Shown piece after piece: positions 39,189 through 50,928 of a DNA stretch of 60,764 nucleotides. Under the pieces are notes generated by a model that searched no databases, was not told the DNA's origin, and saw only the letters and a program-made list of their open reading frames with translations. Position 1 is the stretch's first letter, and each line of letters begins with the position of its first letter. Both the position numbers and the translations under genes were made by a program. This DNA is from an uncultured Bifidobacteriaceae bacterium (GTDB taxonomy: Bacteria > Acidobacteriota > Vicinamibacteria > Vicinamibacterales > UBA2999): assembly GCA_964619705.1 (NCBI GenBank), contig CAZUGF010000011.1, positions 1 to 60,764 on the forward strand. Direction: 5' to 3'.

Positions 39189-40855
39189 TCTCCTGCCTGC
39201 TCCGCCATGGGGATCCTGATGCCGCGCGCGCGCGCGGTCTGTATCGCCTCCGGGTACCCGGCGTCGGCGTGGCGTACGACGCCGGTGCCCGGATCGCAGG
39301 TCAGGACGCGTGACAGCCGCTCGTCGGCATCCGCCGAGCCGTCCGCGACGATGACCATGCCGGCATGAATGGAGTAACCGATGCCGACGCCGCCGCCGTG
39401 GTGGACCGACACCCAGGTGGCGCCCGCTGACGCGTTCAGCAGGGCGTTCAGGATGGGCCAGTCCGCGATGGCATCGCTGCCATCCCGCATCCCTTCGGTC
39501 TCGCGGTTGGGCGAGGCCACCGATCCGGTGTCGAGGTGATCGCGCCCGATGACGATGGGCGCGGAGACGGCGCCCGTCCGCACGAGCTCGTTCAACTTGA
39601 GGCCGAAGCGCGCGCGGTCGCCGTAGCCGAGCCAGAAGATGCGGGCCGGCAGTCCCTGGAAGGCCACCTGCTCGCCGGCCATGCGGATCCACCGGCAGAG
39701 TGCCTCGTCGCCGGCGAACATCTCCAGCGCGGCGCGGTCGGTGACGCGGATGTCCTCCGGATCGCCGGAGAGCGCGACCCAGCGGAACGGGCCCTTGCCT
39801 TCGCAGAAGAGCGGGCGGATGAACGCGGGGACGAACCCCGGGATCTCGAACGCGTCGGCCACGCCGGCCCGCACCGCCTGCGCGCGGATGTTGTTACCGT
39901 AGTCGAACACGACGGCGCCGCGATCCTGCAGCGTGCGCATGGCCGCCACGTGGCGGCCCATGGCGGCAACCGAGCGGCGCTCGTACTCCGCCGGGTCCGA
40001 TGTGCGGAGCCGTGCGGCGTCCCCGAGCGACAGGCCGTCCGGCACGTAGCCGACCAGCGGGTCGTGGGCGGACGTCTGGTCCGTGACGACGTCCGGCGTC
40101 AGTCCCCGGCGGACGATCTCCGGGAGCACCTCCGCGGCGTTGCCGAGCAGGCCGATCGAACGGGCCACGCGACCGGCCGTGTACTCCTGTGCACGGGCGA
40201 GGGCCGTATCGAGATCGTCGGTGGCTTCGTCGAGGTAGCGGCTGGCGAGCCGCCGTTCGATGCGCGTCGGATCCACCTCGATGACGAGCGCGACGCCCTC
40301 GTTCATCGTCACGGCGAGCGGCTGCGCGCCGCCCATGCCGCCGAGTCCGGCCGTCACGGTGAGCCGGCCGGCCAGCGTCCCGCCGAAGTGGCGGCGGGCG
40401 AGCTCCGCCAGCGTCTCGTAGGTGCCCTGGAGGATGCCCTGCGTGCCGATGTAGATCCAGCTCCCGGCCGTCATCTGCCCGTACATCGTGAGGCCGCGAT
40501 CCTCGAGATCGCGGAACGTCTCCCACGTGGCCCACTTCGGGACGAGGTTTGCGTTGGCGATGAGCACGCGCGGAGCGTGGGCATGGGTGCGGAAGATGCC
40601 GACGGGCTTACCGGACTGGACGAGGAGTGTCTCGTCGTGGCCCAGTGCCCGCAGCGCGCGGACGATCGCGTCGAAGGCGTCCCACGATCGGGCCGCCCGT
40701 CCGGTGCCCCCGTAGACGACGAGATCCTCGGGCCGTTCCGCGACCTCGGGGTCGAGGTTGTTCATCAGCATGCGCAGGGCGGCTTCCTGAGGCCAGCCTT
40801 GACACGTCAGCGAGGTGCCGCGGGGAGCGCGGATGGAGCGGGTAACCGTAGTCAT
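39185..40855 (-). CDS. hutU: Urocanate hydratase
   Basis: 556 aa. [36 protein letters not shown] and other family-wide blocks. Confidence 0.95.
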   Translation of the reverse strand: MTTVTRSIRAPRGTSLTCQGWPQEAALRMLMNNLDPEVAERPEDLVVYGGTGRAARSWDAFDAIVRALRALGHDETLLVQSGKPVGIFRTHAHAPRVLIANANLVPKWATWETFRDLEDRGLTMYGQMTAGSWIYIGTQGILQGTYETLAELARRHFGGTLAGRLTVTAGLGGMGGAQPLAVTMNEGVALVIEVDPTRIERRLASRYLDEATDDLDTALARAQEYTAGRVARSIGLLGNAAEVLPEIVRRGLTPDVVTDQTSAHDPLVGYVPDGLSLGDAARLRTSDPAEYERRSVAAMGRHVAAMRTLQDRGAVVFDYGNNIRAQAVRAGVADAFEIPGFVPAFIRPLFCEGKGPFRWVALSGDPEDIRVTDRAALEMFAGDEALCRWIRMAGEQVAFQGLPARIFWLGYGDRARFGLKLNELVRTGAVSAPIVIGRDHLDTGSVASPNRETEGMRDGSDAIADWPILNALLNASAGATWVSVHHGGGVGIGYSIHAGMVIVADGSADADERLSRVLTCDPGTGVVRHADAGYPEAIQTARARGIRIPMAEQAGE

Positions 40856-40897
40856 GTGCAGCGAGCGTGGCCGGGCGGGCGAATTCGCGAAGATAAG

Positions 40898-40926
40898 AAA
40901 CTAAGCACCGTGGCGCATCTTGTCAA
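40898..40926 (-). promoter_or_regulatory. Sigma-70-like promoter in the hutH-hutU spacer
   Basis: Minus strand reads TTGACA-N17-TAGTTT, in an AT-rich 91-nt gap. Confidence 0.35.
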
Positions 40927-40946
40927 ACTGAAAATGGAAAACGAAA

Positions 40947-42461
40947 TCAGTTGACAATCGCGCGCGTCGCGTGTTCGAGCGCACCTGTCTCGATCAGCGC
41001 GGCAATCGCATCGAGATCCGGCGCCGGCGGCCGGTCGTCGGTGAGCATCGGCACGACCGCGCGCACCGCCGCGTGCGCGCCCATCAATGGCGCCGTGCTG
41101 ACGAGCGGCGCACGCAGGTCGACGGCCTGGCACGCACAGAGAATCTCGACGGCGAGCACGAGGCGCGCGAGGTGCAGCGCGCGCTCCGCCTTGAGCGCCG
41201 CGCCCATGCTCATGCTGACGTGGTCCTCCTTGTTGGCCGACGTGGGAATCGTGTCGACCGACGCCGGATGGCAGAGCGTCTTCAACTCCGACGTCAGGGC
41301 CGCGGCCGTGACCTGCGCCATCATGAAGCCGGACTGGAGGCCGCCGTTCGCCGTGAGGAACGCCGGCAGGCCGCTGTGCGCGGGGTTCACCAGGCGCTCC
41401 GAGCGCCGCTCGCTGATGGTCGCGAACTGCGTGACGGCCATGGCCAGCAGGTCCGCGGCCAGCGCGACGGGCGCGCCGTGGAAGTTGCCCCCGGACACGA
41501 TGTCACCCGTGAGGGCGAAGACCATCGGGTTGTCGGTGGCGGCGTTCATCTCCACGCCCACCATGTGACGGACCCAGGTGAGCGCTTCCCGCGCCGCGCC
41601 GTGGACCTGCGGCACGCAGCGTTCGGAGTAGGCGTCCTGCACGCGCCCGCAGGCGGCGTGCGAGGCGTTCAGGGGGCTCCCCTCGATGAGCCGCCACAGG
41701 TTGTCCGCGGACGCCGCCTGGCCCTCGAAGGGGCGGGCGGCGTGGACCCGCGGATCGAACGGCTTGCGGGATCCGAGCAGTGCATCGATGCTGAGCGCCG
41801 CGGTGATGTCGGCGGCGCGGGCCAGCCGCGCGGCCCCGGCGGCGGCCAGCGCCAGCACGGCGGCCGATGCCTGCGTGCCGTTGATGAGCGCGAGGCCTTC
41901 CTTGGCGCCGAGCGCCACGGGCGCGAGGCCGGCGTCCGCGAGCGCCTGTGCGCCCGGCACGGTGGTGGTCCCGTCGAAGACCTCGCCCTCGCCGATGAGC
42001 ACCAGCGCGAGGTGGGCCAGCGGGGCCAGGTCGCCGCTCGCGCCGACCGAGCCGCGGCTCGGCACGCGCGGGTGCACGTGCCGGTTGAGCAGGGCGAGCA
42101 GCGCCTCGAGCGTCGCGATCCGGATGCCGGAGTGTCCCTTGGCCAGCACGTTCGCGCGCAGCGCCATCATCGCGCGCACGGCGCGCACCGGCAGGGGCGC
42201 GTCCACGCCGGCCGCGTGGCTCCGGACGAGATTGACCTGCAGGGCCTCGAGGTCCGCGCGCGCGATGCGCGTCTCCGCGAAGTTGCCGAAGCCCGTGTTG
42301 ATGCCGTAGACGGCTGCGTCGCCGTCCGCCTTGTCGTCCACGACCTGCCGCGCCGCGGCCACCCGGGTCCGCGCGTCGGGCGCGAGCCCGACGGGCGCAC
42401 CTCCGTCGGCAATCTGTACCAGCTGATCGAGTGTCAGGGTGGCCCCGTCGAGGAGGATCAT
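40947..42461 (-). CDS. hutH: Histidine ammonia-lyase
   Basis: Start MILLDGATLTL (ATG 42461). MIO-forming GSVGASGDLAPLAH. The upstream part of track ORF 40947..43727 is a shadow of purA. Confidence 0.95.
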   Translation of the reverse strand: MILLDGATLTLDQLVQIADGGAPVGLAPDARTRVAAARQVVDDKADGDAAVYGINTGFGNFAETRIARADLEALQVNLVRSHAAGVDAPLPVRAVRAMMALRANVLAKGHSGIRIATLEALLALLNRHVHPRVPSRGSVGASGDLAPLAHLALVLIGEGEVFDGTTTVPGAQALADAGLAPVALGAKEGLALINGTQASAAVLALAAAGAARLARAADITAALSIDALLGSRKPFDPRVHAARPFEGQAASADNLWRLIEGSPLNASHAACGRVQDAYSERCVPQVHGAAREALTWVRHMVGVEMNAATDNPMVFALTGDIVSGGNFHGAPVALAADLLAMAVTQFATISERRSERLVNPAHSGLPAFLTANGGLQSGFMMAQVTAAALTSELKTLCHPASVDTIPTSANKEDHVSMSMGAALKAERALHLARLVLAVEILCACQAVDLRAPLVSTAPLMGAHAAVRAVVPMLTDDRPPAPDLDAIAALIETGALEHATRAIVN

Positions 42462-42470
42462 CGTTCGTAG

Positions 42471-44513
<2,043 letters not shown>

Positions 44514-44591
44514 CAGCCGCTGCGGGCCGTGGCGGCCGGCGGCGCCCGATTGTCGTGCGATCGCACGGAGCCCTCTCGTAGAATAGCGGGC

Positions 44592-45527
44592 GTGTCGTCC
44601 GACTCGCCCGCGCTGCGGTGCCGCGGCCTCGTCAAGCGCTACCCGGACATCACCGCCGTCGACGGCCTGGACCTCGAGATCGCGCGCGGTGAGTGCTTCG
44701 GGCTGCTCGGCCCGAACGGCGCCGGCAAGACAACCACCATCGAGATCCTCGAGGGCCTGCTCGCGCCCGACGCGGGTGACGTCGAGGTGCTCGGCCGCCG
44801 CTGGGCGACCGACAGGGCCGAGCTCCGCCGGCGACTCGGCGTGCAGCTGCAGGAAACACAACTGGCGGACAAGCTCACGGTCGAGGAAACCGTCCGGCTC
44901 TTCCGGTCCTTCTACGACGACGGTCCGGGCGTGGCGGAACTGCTGGACCTGGTGGAGCTGTCGGCCAAGCGGACGGCCTGGGTCGGCAAGCTCTCCGGCG
45001 GGCAGAAGCAGCGCCTCTCGGTGGCCTCGGCCCTGGCGGGCCGGCCGGAGCTGCTCTTCCTCGACGAGCCCACGACCGGCCTGGACCCTCAGTCCCGCCG
45101 CCAGCTCTGGACGATGCTGGCGCGCTTCAAGGCGGAAGGGCGGACGATCCTGCTGACGACCCACTACATGGACGAGGCGCACGTGCTTTGCGATCGCGTC
45201 GGGATCATGGATCACGGACGGCTCATCGCGCTCGGGACGCCCCGCGCGCTCGTGGCGTCGCTCGGCGCGGAGCACATGGTCGAGTTCGCCGTCGGCGACG
45301 GCACGCCGCCCGGCGACGATCGGCTGGGCCGCCTGCCCGGGGTCCTCGACGTGCAGCACCGCAACGGACATGTGGCGCTCGCGACAAGCGAGCTGCACCT
45401 CACCGTGCCGGCGCTGCTCGATGCGCTCCGCGAGGCGCAGGCCTCGCTCACGCTCCTCAACACGCACAGCGCCACGCTCGAGGACGTGTTCGTGTCGCTC
45501 ACCGGGAGGCACCTCCGCGATGGCTGA
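44592..45527 (+). CDS. ABC transporter ATP-binding protein (ABC-2 type)
   Basis: GTG start at 44592. Walker A GPNGAGKTT, signature LSGGQKQR, Walker B LLFLDEP. Confidence 0.9.
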   Translation: MSSDSPALRCRGLVKRYPDITAVDGLDLEIARGECFGLLGPNGAGKTTTIEILEGLLAPDAGDVEVLGRRWATDRAELRRRLGVQLQETQLADKLTVEETVRLFRSFYDDGPGVAELLDLVELSAKRTAWVGKLSGGQKQRLSVASALAGRPELLFLDEPTTGLDPQSRRQLWTMLARFKAEGRTILLTTHYMDEAHVLCDRVGIMDHGRLIALGTPRALVASLGAEHMVEFAVGDGTPPGDDRLGRLPGVLDVQHRNGHVALATSELHLTVPALLDALREAQASLTLLNTHSATLEDVFVSLTGRHLRDG

Positions 45528-46566
45528 CCGCGGCGGCGCATCCCATCCCCTGCTCGAGCTCACGCTCTCCCGGTTTCGCGAGTTCCTGCGGGAGCCGGAG
45601 GCGGTGTTCTGGGTCTTTGCCTTCCCGGTGATCATGACCTGCGCGCTCGGCGTGGCCTTCCGGTCGCGCGGTGCGGAGCCGGTCATCGTGGGCGTCGTCG
45701 AGCAGGACGGTGCCGCGGCCATCCGGCAGGCCCTCGATGACGCGGGCGGGTTCACGGTCCGCGACGTCCCCGCCGCGGACGTGGACCGGGCCATCCGCGA
45801 CGGCCGCGCGCCCGTGGTCGTCGTCCCGGGCACGCCGCCGGCCTACCGGTTCGATCACGCGCGGGCGGAGAGCCAGGTGGCGCGGCTGGCCGTCGATCGC
45901 GCGCTCCAGCGGGCCGCGGGCCGCGTGGACGCGTTCGACGCGGACGAGCAGCCGATCGAGGTGGCCGGCTCCCGGTACATCGACTGGCTGGTGCCCGGCC
46001 TGCTCGGCATGAACATCATGAGCACCGGGCTCTGGGGCGTCGGCTTCTCGATCGTGCAGGCGCGGATGAAGAAGTTGCTCAAGCGGCTCATCGCCACGCC
46101 GATGTCACGCGCCGCGTACCTGGCGTCGCACGTCCTCAGCCGCCTGATCTTCCTCGCCCTCGAAACGACGGTCATCGTCGGGTTCGCGTGGCTGGTGTTC
46201 GGCGTGGAGGTGCGCGGGGGACTGGCGGCGCTCGCCGGGCTGGCCCTGATCGGCGCGCTCAGCTTCGGCGGCCTCGGCCTGCTCATTGCGAGCCGCGCGC
46301 GCACCATCGAAGCGGTGTCCGGGCTGATGAACATGGTGATGCTGCCGATGTGGGTGCTCTCCGGCGTGTTCTTCGCCTCGAGCAACTTCCCGGACGCGAT
46401 GCAGCCGTTCATCCGGGCGCTGCCGTTGACGGCGCTCAACGACGCGCTGCGCGCGGTGATGAACGAGGGCGCCCCGCTCACCGCGCTCGGACAGGAGACC
46501 GCGATCCTGCTGGCGTGGGGCCTGGCCTCGTTCGGCGCGGCGCTCCGGCTCTTCAGATGGCAGTAG
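45520..46566 (+). CDS. ABC-2 type transporter permease
   Basis: Start MADRGGASHP (ATG 45520) overlaps the ATPase stop. Six or so TM helices plus a large first extracytoplasmic loop. Confidence 0.85.
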   Translation: MADRGGASHPLLELTLSRFREFLREPEAVFWVFAFPVIMTCALGVAFRSRGAEPVIVGVVEQDGAAAIRQALDDAGGFTVRDVPAADVDRAIRDGRAPVVVVPGTPPAYRFDHARAESQVARLAVDRALQRAAGRVDAFDADEQPIEVAGSRYIDWLVPGLLGMNIMSTGLWGVGFSIVQARMKKLLKRLIATPMSRAAYLASHVLSRLIFLALETTVIVGFAWLVFGVEVRGGLAALAGLALIGALSFGGLGLLIASRARTIEAVSGLMNMVMLPMWVLSGVFFASSNFPDAMQPFIRALPLTALNDALRAVMNEGAPLTALGQETAILLAWGLASFGAALRLFRWQ

Positions 46567-48742
46567 ACGACGGACGATCGCCGGACGTGTAGTGCGCGAG
46601 CAGCAGCTGCTGTGAGTCCACGGCCGCGGATCCGGGCTCGGGCGCGGCGCGGACATAGGTGCCGTCCGTCTGCAGTTCCCACGCGCGATTCGTGTCCGCC
46701 ACGATCGCCGAGAGCACCACGTCCTGGAGGTGGGCCCGGATGTCCGGGTCGGCGATCGGGCAGAGGACTTCCACGCGCCGGTCGAGGTTGCGCTCCAGCA
46801 GGTCCGCGCTCCCGATGTAGATCTCGGGGTGGCCGGCGTTCTCGAAGAAATAGATCCGCGAGTGCTCCAGGAACCGCCCGACGATCGAGCGGACGCGGAT
46901 CCGATCGCTGATGCCCGGGATGCCCGGACGCAGGCAGCAGAGGCCGCGGACGATCATGTCGATGGGGACGCCGGCCTGCGAGGCGCGGTAGAGCGCCCGG
47001 ATCATGGCGGGGTCCGCCACGCCGTTGTTCTTGATGACGATGCGGGCGGGCCGCCCGGCGCCCGCGTGCTCCATCTCCCGCTCGATCAGGGCCCGCAGGC
47101 CCTGGCGCAGGCCCACCGGGGCCACCAGCAGCGCCCGGTACGATCGCTGGCTCGAGTAGCCGGTCAGCGAGTTGAAGACCTCCGTCACGTCATCGAGGAG
47201 CGCGTCGTCCGCGGTGAAGAGGCCGAGGTCGGTGTAGACCTGCGACGTCACGCGGTTGTAGTTGCCGGTCGCGAGGTGCGCGTAGCGGCGGATGCCGTCG
47301 GCTTCCTTGCGGACGACGAGGCACAGCTTGCAGTGCACCTTCAGGTTCACCAGGCCATAGACGACGTGGATGCCGGCCGATTCCAGGCGGGTGGCCCAGG
47401 CGATGTTGTTGCGCTCGTCGAAGCGGGCCTTGAGCTCCACCAGGACGGCCACCTGCTTGCCCTCTTCCGCCGCCTCGATCAGCAGATCGATCAGCGGGGA
47501 GTTGGCGCCGATGCGGTAGAGCGTGATCTTGATGCCGATGACGCCGGGGTCGGCGACGGCGGCGCGGAGGAACGTCTCGACGGAGGTGAACGAGTCGAAC
47601 GGGTGATGAATCAGGAAGTCCTGGTCCGCGATCTGCTCGAACACGCGGCCCGCATCGTCCGGCGCCCAGAGCGTGTGGGGCGTGAAGACCGGATCCTTGA
47701 GGGCGGGGCGGTGGAGGCGCGTGAGCGCGTGGAGATCGCCGAAGCCCATGCGCTCCGACGTCCGCATGACGACGTCCTCCTCCACCTCGAAGTTCTCGAT
47801 GAGGATGCTCAGCACGCGGCGCGGCATGTCGGACTCGACCTGGAGGAGCGAGAGCGCGCCGTAGCGGAGCTGCTTGAGGCCGCGGTCCACCGTCTCGAGC
47901 AGGTCGTCTGCCTCGTCCTCCTGGATGACCATGTCCGTGTCGCGGATGACGCGGAAGAGGTGGGCGCTCTCGACCTGCGTGCCGGGGAACAGCTCCTGCA
48001 CGTTGCGCCGGATGACGTCTTCCAGGAAGACGTGGGTCAGGCCCGGCTGCGACGACAGGTGCTCGGGCAGCGGGATGAAGCGCGGGAGCATCCCCGGCAC
48101 CTTGACGCGGGCGAACTTCGTGCGGCCGCCGTGGCGGACCCGCACGGCGAGGTTCATGCTCAGGTTGGAGATGTACGGGAACGGATGGCCGGGGTCGAAC
48201 GCCAGCGGTGTCAGGACCGGAAAGATCTGCGCCTTGAAGTAGGCCGACAGCCAGGTGTCGACGGCCGGCGTATAGGCGGCCGGGTCCATGAAGTGGACGC
48301 CCTCGGCCGCGAGCTGCGGGCGCAGCTCGTGGACCCAGCAGGCGATCTGTTCGTTCATCTGCGCGACGGCCCGCTCGCGGATCGCCGCCAGTTCCTGTTC
48401 CGTGCTCAACCCGTCGAAGGACGTCTCCTCGATGCCCGCGCGGAACTTCTTGAGGATGGTCGCGACGCGGACCATGAAGAACTCGTCGAGGTTGGTCCCG
48501 GCGATCGCCAGGAACTTGACCCGCTCGAGGAGCGGATGCCCCGGGTCCCGGGCCTGGGCGAGGACCCGCCGGTTGAACTCGAGCCAGCTCAGCTCGCGGT
48601 TGATGTAGAGGGCCGGGGCGCTGAGATCCTGCGGGTCGAGTGTCGACCAGTCGACGGGCGCGGGGCCCGGGCTCTGGGCGGCCGGCGTGCGCCGGCGGCG
48701 GCCGCGGCGGGACGGCAGGGGAACGCCCGGGGACAACGGCAC
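46553..48742 (-). CDS. ppk: Polyphosphate kinase 1
   Basis: YINRELSWLEFNRRVL, NLDEFFMVRV, two PLD-like HKL motifs (VHCKLCLV...). GTG start. Confidence 0.95.
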   Translation of the reverse strand: MPLSPGVPLPSRRGRRRRTPAAQSPGPAPVDWSTLDPQDLSAPALYINRELSWLEFNRRVLAQARDPGHPLLERVKFLAIAGTNLDEFFMVRVATILKKFRAGIEETSFDGLSTEQELAAIRERAVAQMNEQIACWVHELRPQLAAEGVHFMDPAAYTPAVDTWLSAYFKAQIFPVLTPLAFDPGHPFPYISNLSMNLAVRVRHGGRTKFARVKVPGMLPRFIPLPEHLSSQPGLTHVFLEDVIRRNVQELFPGTQVESAHLFRVIRDTDMVIQEDEADDLLETVDRGLKQLRYGALSLLQVESDMPRRVLSILIENFEVEEDVVMRTSERMGFGDLHALTRLHRPALKDPVFTPHTLWAPDDAGRVFEQIADQDFLIHHPFDSFTSVETFLRAAVADPGVIGIKITLYRIGANSPLIDLLIEAAEEGKQVAVLVELKARFDERNNIAWATRLESAGIHVVYGLVNLKVHCKLCLVVRKEADGIRRYAHLATGNYNRVTSQVYTDLGLFTADDALLDDVTEVFNSLTGYSSQRSYRALLVAPVGLRQGLRALIEREMEHAGAGRPARIVIKNNGVADPAMIRALYRASQAGVPIDMIVRGLCCLRPGIPGISDRIRVRSIVGRFLEHSRIYFFENAGHPEIYIGSADLLERNLDRRVEVLCPIADPDIRAHLQDVVLSAIVADTNRAWELQTDGTYVRAAPEPGSAAVDSQQLLLAHYTSGDRPSSTAI

Positions 48743-48779
48743 GCGGGTAGCTTACCAAACGGATGTAACACGCCCGGGC

Positions 48780-49535
48780 TCAGGTCAACCACAGCAGGAC
48801 CGCGAAGACGATCACGGCAGCCGTCACCACGCGCTCCAGCCAGGCATGTCCGCGCAGCACGGCCACCCGCACGCCGATCAGCCCGCCGGCGAGGTTCCCG
48901 GCGCCGAGCGCGAGCCCGCGCGGCCAGTCCACCGCCCCGGCCCCGGCGAAGATGGCCAGCGAGAGCAGGGTGATCGTCAGGATGGTCAGGACCTTGATCG
49001 CGTTGCCGCGCACCATGTCGAACCCGGTGGCGCTGGTCATGGCCAGCACGAAGAACCCGACACCGGCCTGGATGAACCCCCCGTACAGCCCGACGAGGAA
49101 GAAGCCGAGCGCGCCGGGCCAGCCCATGTGCGGCATGCGCTGCCCGTCGGGCGGCCCCTGCGGGCGGGCCTGACGCTGCCGCCAGACGGAGAGAAGCGTG
49201 ATGCTCACCATGGCCGTGGCGAGGATGCGCGTGAACGCGAAGTCCGGCACGCGCAGCGCTCCCCAGGTGCCGAGTGCCGCCCCCGCCAGTGCGGGCACGA
49301 CGGCCGCGGCCGCCCAGCGCCAGTCCAGGGCGCCGTGCCGGTGGTAGCCCCATGTGCCACTGAGGTTCTGGGCGAGGACGCCGACGCGGTTGGTGGCGTT
49401 GGCGACCGTCGCGGGCAGCCCGAGGAAGAGCAGCAGGGGCAGGGTGAGGAACGAGCCCCCGCCTGCGACGACATTGATGGTGCCGGCCACGAGACCGGCG
49501 GTGGCCAGGAGCGCCAGTTCGAGCGGGTAGGGCAC
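48780..49535 (-). CDS. TauE/SafE family sulfite-exporter-like membrane protein
   Basis: GTINVVAGGGSFLTLPLLLFLG, a second half-repeat GLYGGFIQAGVGFF. I prefer GTG 49535; the track ORF runs to 49697 through a non-hydrophobic low-complexity leader. Confidence 0.75.
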   Translation of the reverse strand: MPYPLELALLATAGLVAGTINVVAGGGSFLTLPLLLFLGLPATVANATNRVGVLAQNLSGTWGYHRHGALDWRWAAAAVVPALAGAALGTWGALRVPDFAFTRILATAMVSITLLSVWRQRQARPQGPPDGQRMPHMGWPGALGFFLVGLYGGFIQAGVGFFVLAMTSATGFDMVRGNAIKVLTILTITLLSLAIFAGAGAVDWPRGLALGAGNLAGGLIGVRVAVLRGHAWLERVVTAAVIVFAVLLWLT

Positions 49536-49626
49536 GCGCGGCGATCGTAGCCGATCGGGGCCGGCTGACGTGGTGAGGGCCCGGAATGCGGGCACTTTCG
49601 GCCCGCCGGGGGCCCGGCCCGCGCAT

Positions 49627-49659
49627 TGGCCACCCATAAGCGCATAAAATGTGTAGAAT
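49627..49659 (+). promoter_or_regulatory. Candidate promoter region upstream of the aminotransferase pair
   Basis: TGGCC-N..-AAGC with GG-N10-GC spacing (49628-49641; weak -12 box), followed by a TAGAAT -10-like hexamer (49654-49659) in an AT-rich patch. AAGGAGG Shine-Dalgarno at 49704-49710. Confidence 0.25.
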
Positions 49660-49716
49660 CCTGTCGGATCGGATACCGCAGGTGGCGCAACCCGCACAGA
49701 ACCAAGGAGGCATCGT

Positions 49717-50898
49717 ATGTCGCTGACCCGTCGGCGGCTCTTTCAGCAGCTCACAACCCGTGAAGGGTCCACGTCTCACGAGTGGATTTCGGCACGCGGT
49801 CGGGAGGCCGGTCTGATGGAGTCTGGCGAACAGGCCATGCCAGCAGGCGTGAAGCCCGTCCGCATTGCCAGCAACGAAAACCCGCTCGGTCCGGGGCAGC
49901 ACGTGCTCGATGCCCTGGTCGGCAAGTTCCCGGAAGCCGCGCGTTACCCGTTCAATGCGAAGCAGACGGAAGGGGCGCTCATCGGCGCGCTCGCCACGTC
50001 GCTCGGCGCCAAGAACGAGAACGTGCTCCTCGGCCCCGGATCAGGTGAGCTGCTGACGCACGCCGTTCGCGCCTTCACCTCCCCCACGAAGCCCCTGGTC
50101 ACCGCGTGGCCGTCCTTCGAGAACCCGCGCGACACCGCCCAGAAGATCGGGTCGGCCATCCGCGAGGTCAAGCTCGACGACCAGCTGCGGATCGACGTGC
50201 CGCAGATGGTGGCCGCTGCCAAGGGCGCGGGCCTGGTGTTCTTCTGCAATCCCAACAACCCGACGGCCACGGTGCACAACCGGACGACGGTCACGGACAT
50301 GGTCAAGGCCATCCGTGCCGCCTCGCCCGACACGGTCATCCTGATCGACGAGGCGTACCACGACTACGTGACGGACGCGTCCTACCAGACGGCCATGGAC
50401 CTGGCGCTCTCGACACCCAAGGTGTTCGTGACGCGTACCTTCTCCAAGGCGTTCGGCATGGCGGGGCTGCGCGTGGGCTACGCGGTGGGTGACCCGGCGA
50501 CGGTCAAGTCGCTCGCGGCCTACAAGATGCCGTACGCGCTCGGCACGCTGTCGCTCGGCGGCGCCATCACGGCGTTTGCCAACACACAGCACATCGAGGC
50601 CGAACGCGCCCGCAACACCGCCGTCAAGGCCTTCGTCGTCAAGGCGTTTGCCGACATGGGCTACCAGGGCACGGACTCGCAGGGGAACTTCATCTTCGTG
50701 AACCTGCGGCGCCCGGCGGCCGGCTTCCGCGACGCGTGTCGCGCCGAAGGCGTGCTGGTCGGACGCGACTTCCCGCCCTATGAGGCCACGCACTGCCGCA
50801 TCTCCATGGGCACCATGGAAGAGATGCAGCGCGCCGTGGGGGTGTTCAGGAAGGTGCTCGGCAGCACCACGACCACGTCCAGCAAGGACGGGCGGTAA
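49717..50898 (+). CDS. HisC-like class-II PLP aminotransferase, N-terminal RR motif without a hydrophobic core
   Basis: IASNENPLGP, YP, FFCNPNNPTA, TFSKAFGMAGLRVGY (PLP Lys). N-terminus MSLTRRRLFQQLTTREGSTSHE. Confidence 0.85.
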   Translation: MSLTRRRLFQQLTTREGSTSHEWISARGREAGLMESGEQAMPAGVKPVRIASNENPLGPGQHVLDALVGKFPEAARYPFNAKQTEGALIGALATSLGAKNENVLLGPGSGELLTHAVRAFTSPTKPLVTAWPSFENPRDTAQKIGSAIREVKLDDQLRIDVPQMVAAAKGAGLVFFCNPNNPTATVHNRTTVTDMVKAIRAASPDTVILIDEAYHDYVTDASYQTAMDLALSTPKVFVTRTFSKAFGMAGLRVGYAVGDPATVKSLAAYKMPYALGTLSLGGAITAFANTQHIEAERARNTAVKAFVVKAFADMGYQGTDSQGNFIFVNLRRPAAGFRDACRAEGVLVGRDFPPYEATHCRISMGTMEEMQRAVGVFRKVLGSTTTTSSKDGR

Positions 50899-50928
50899 AC
50901 CGTGTCCAAGGTCAAGGAGGTTTCCACC

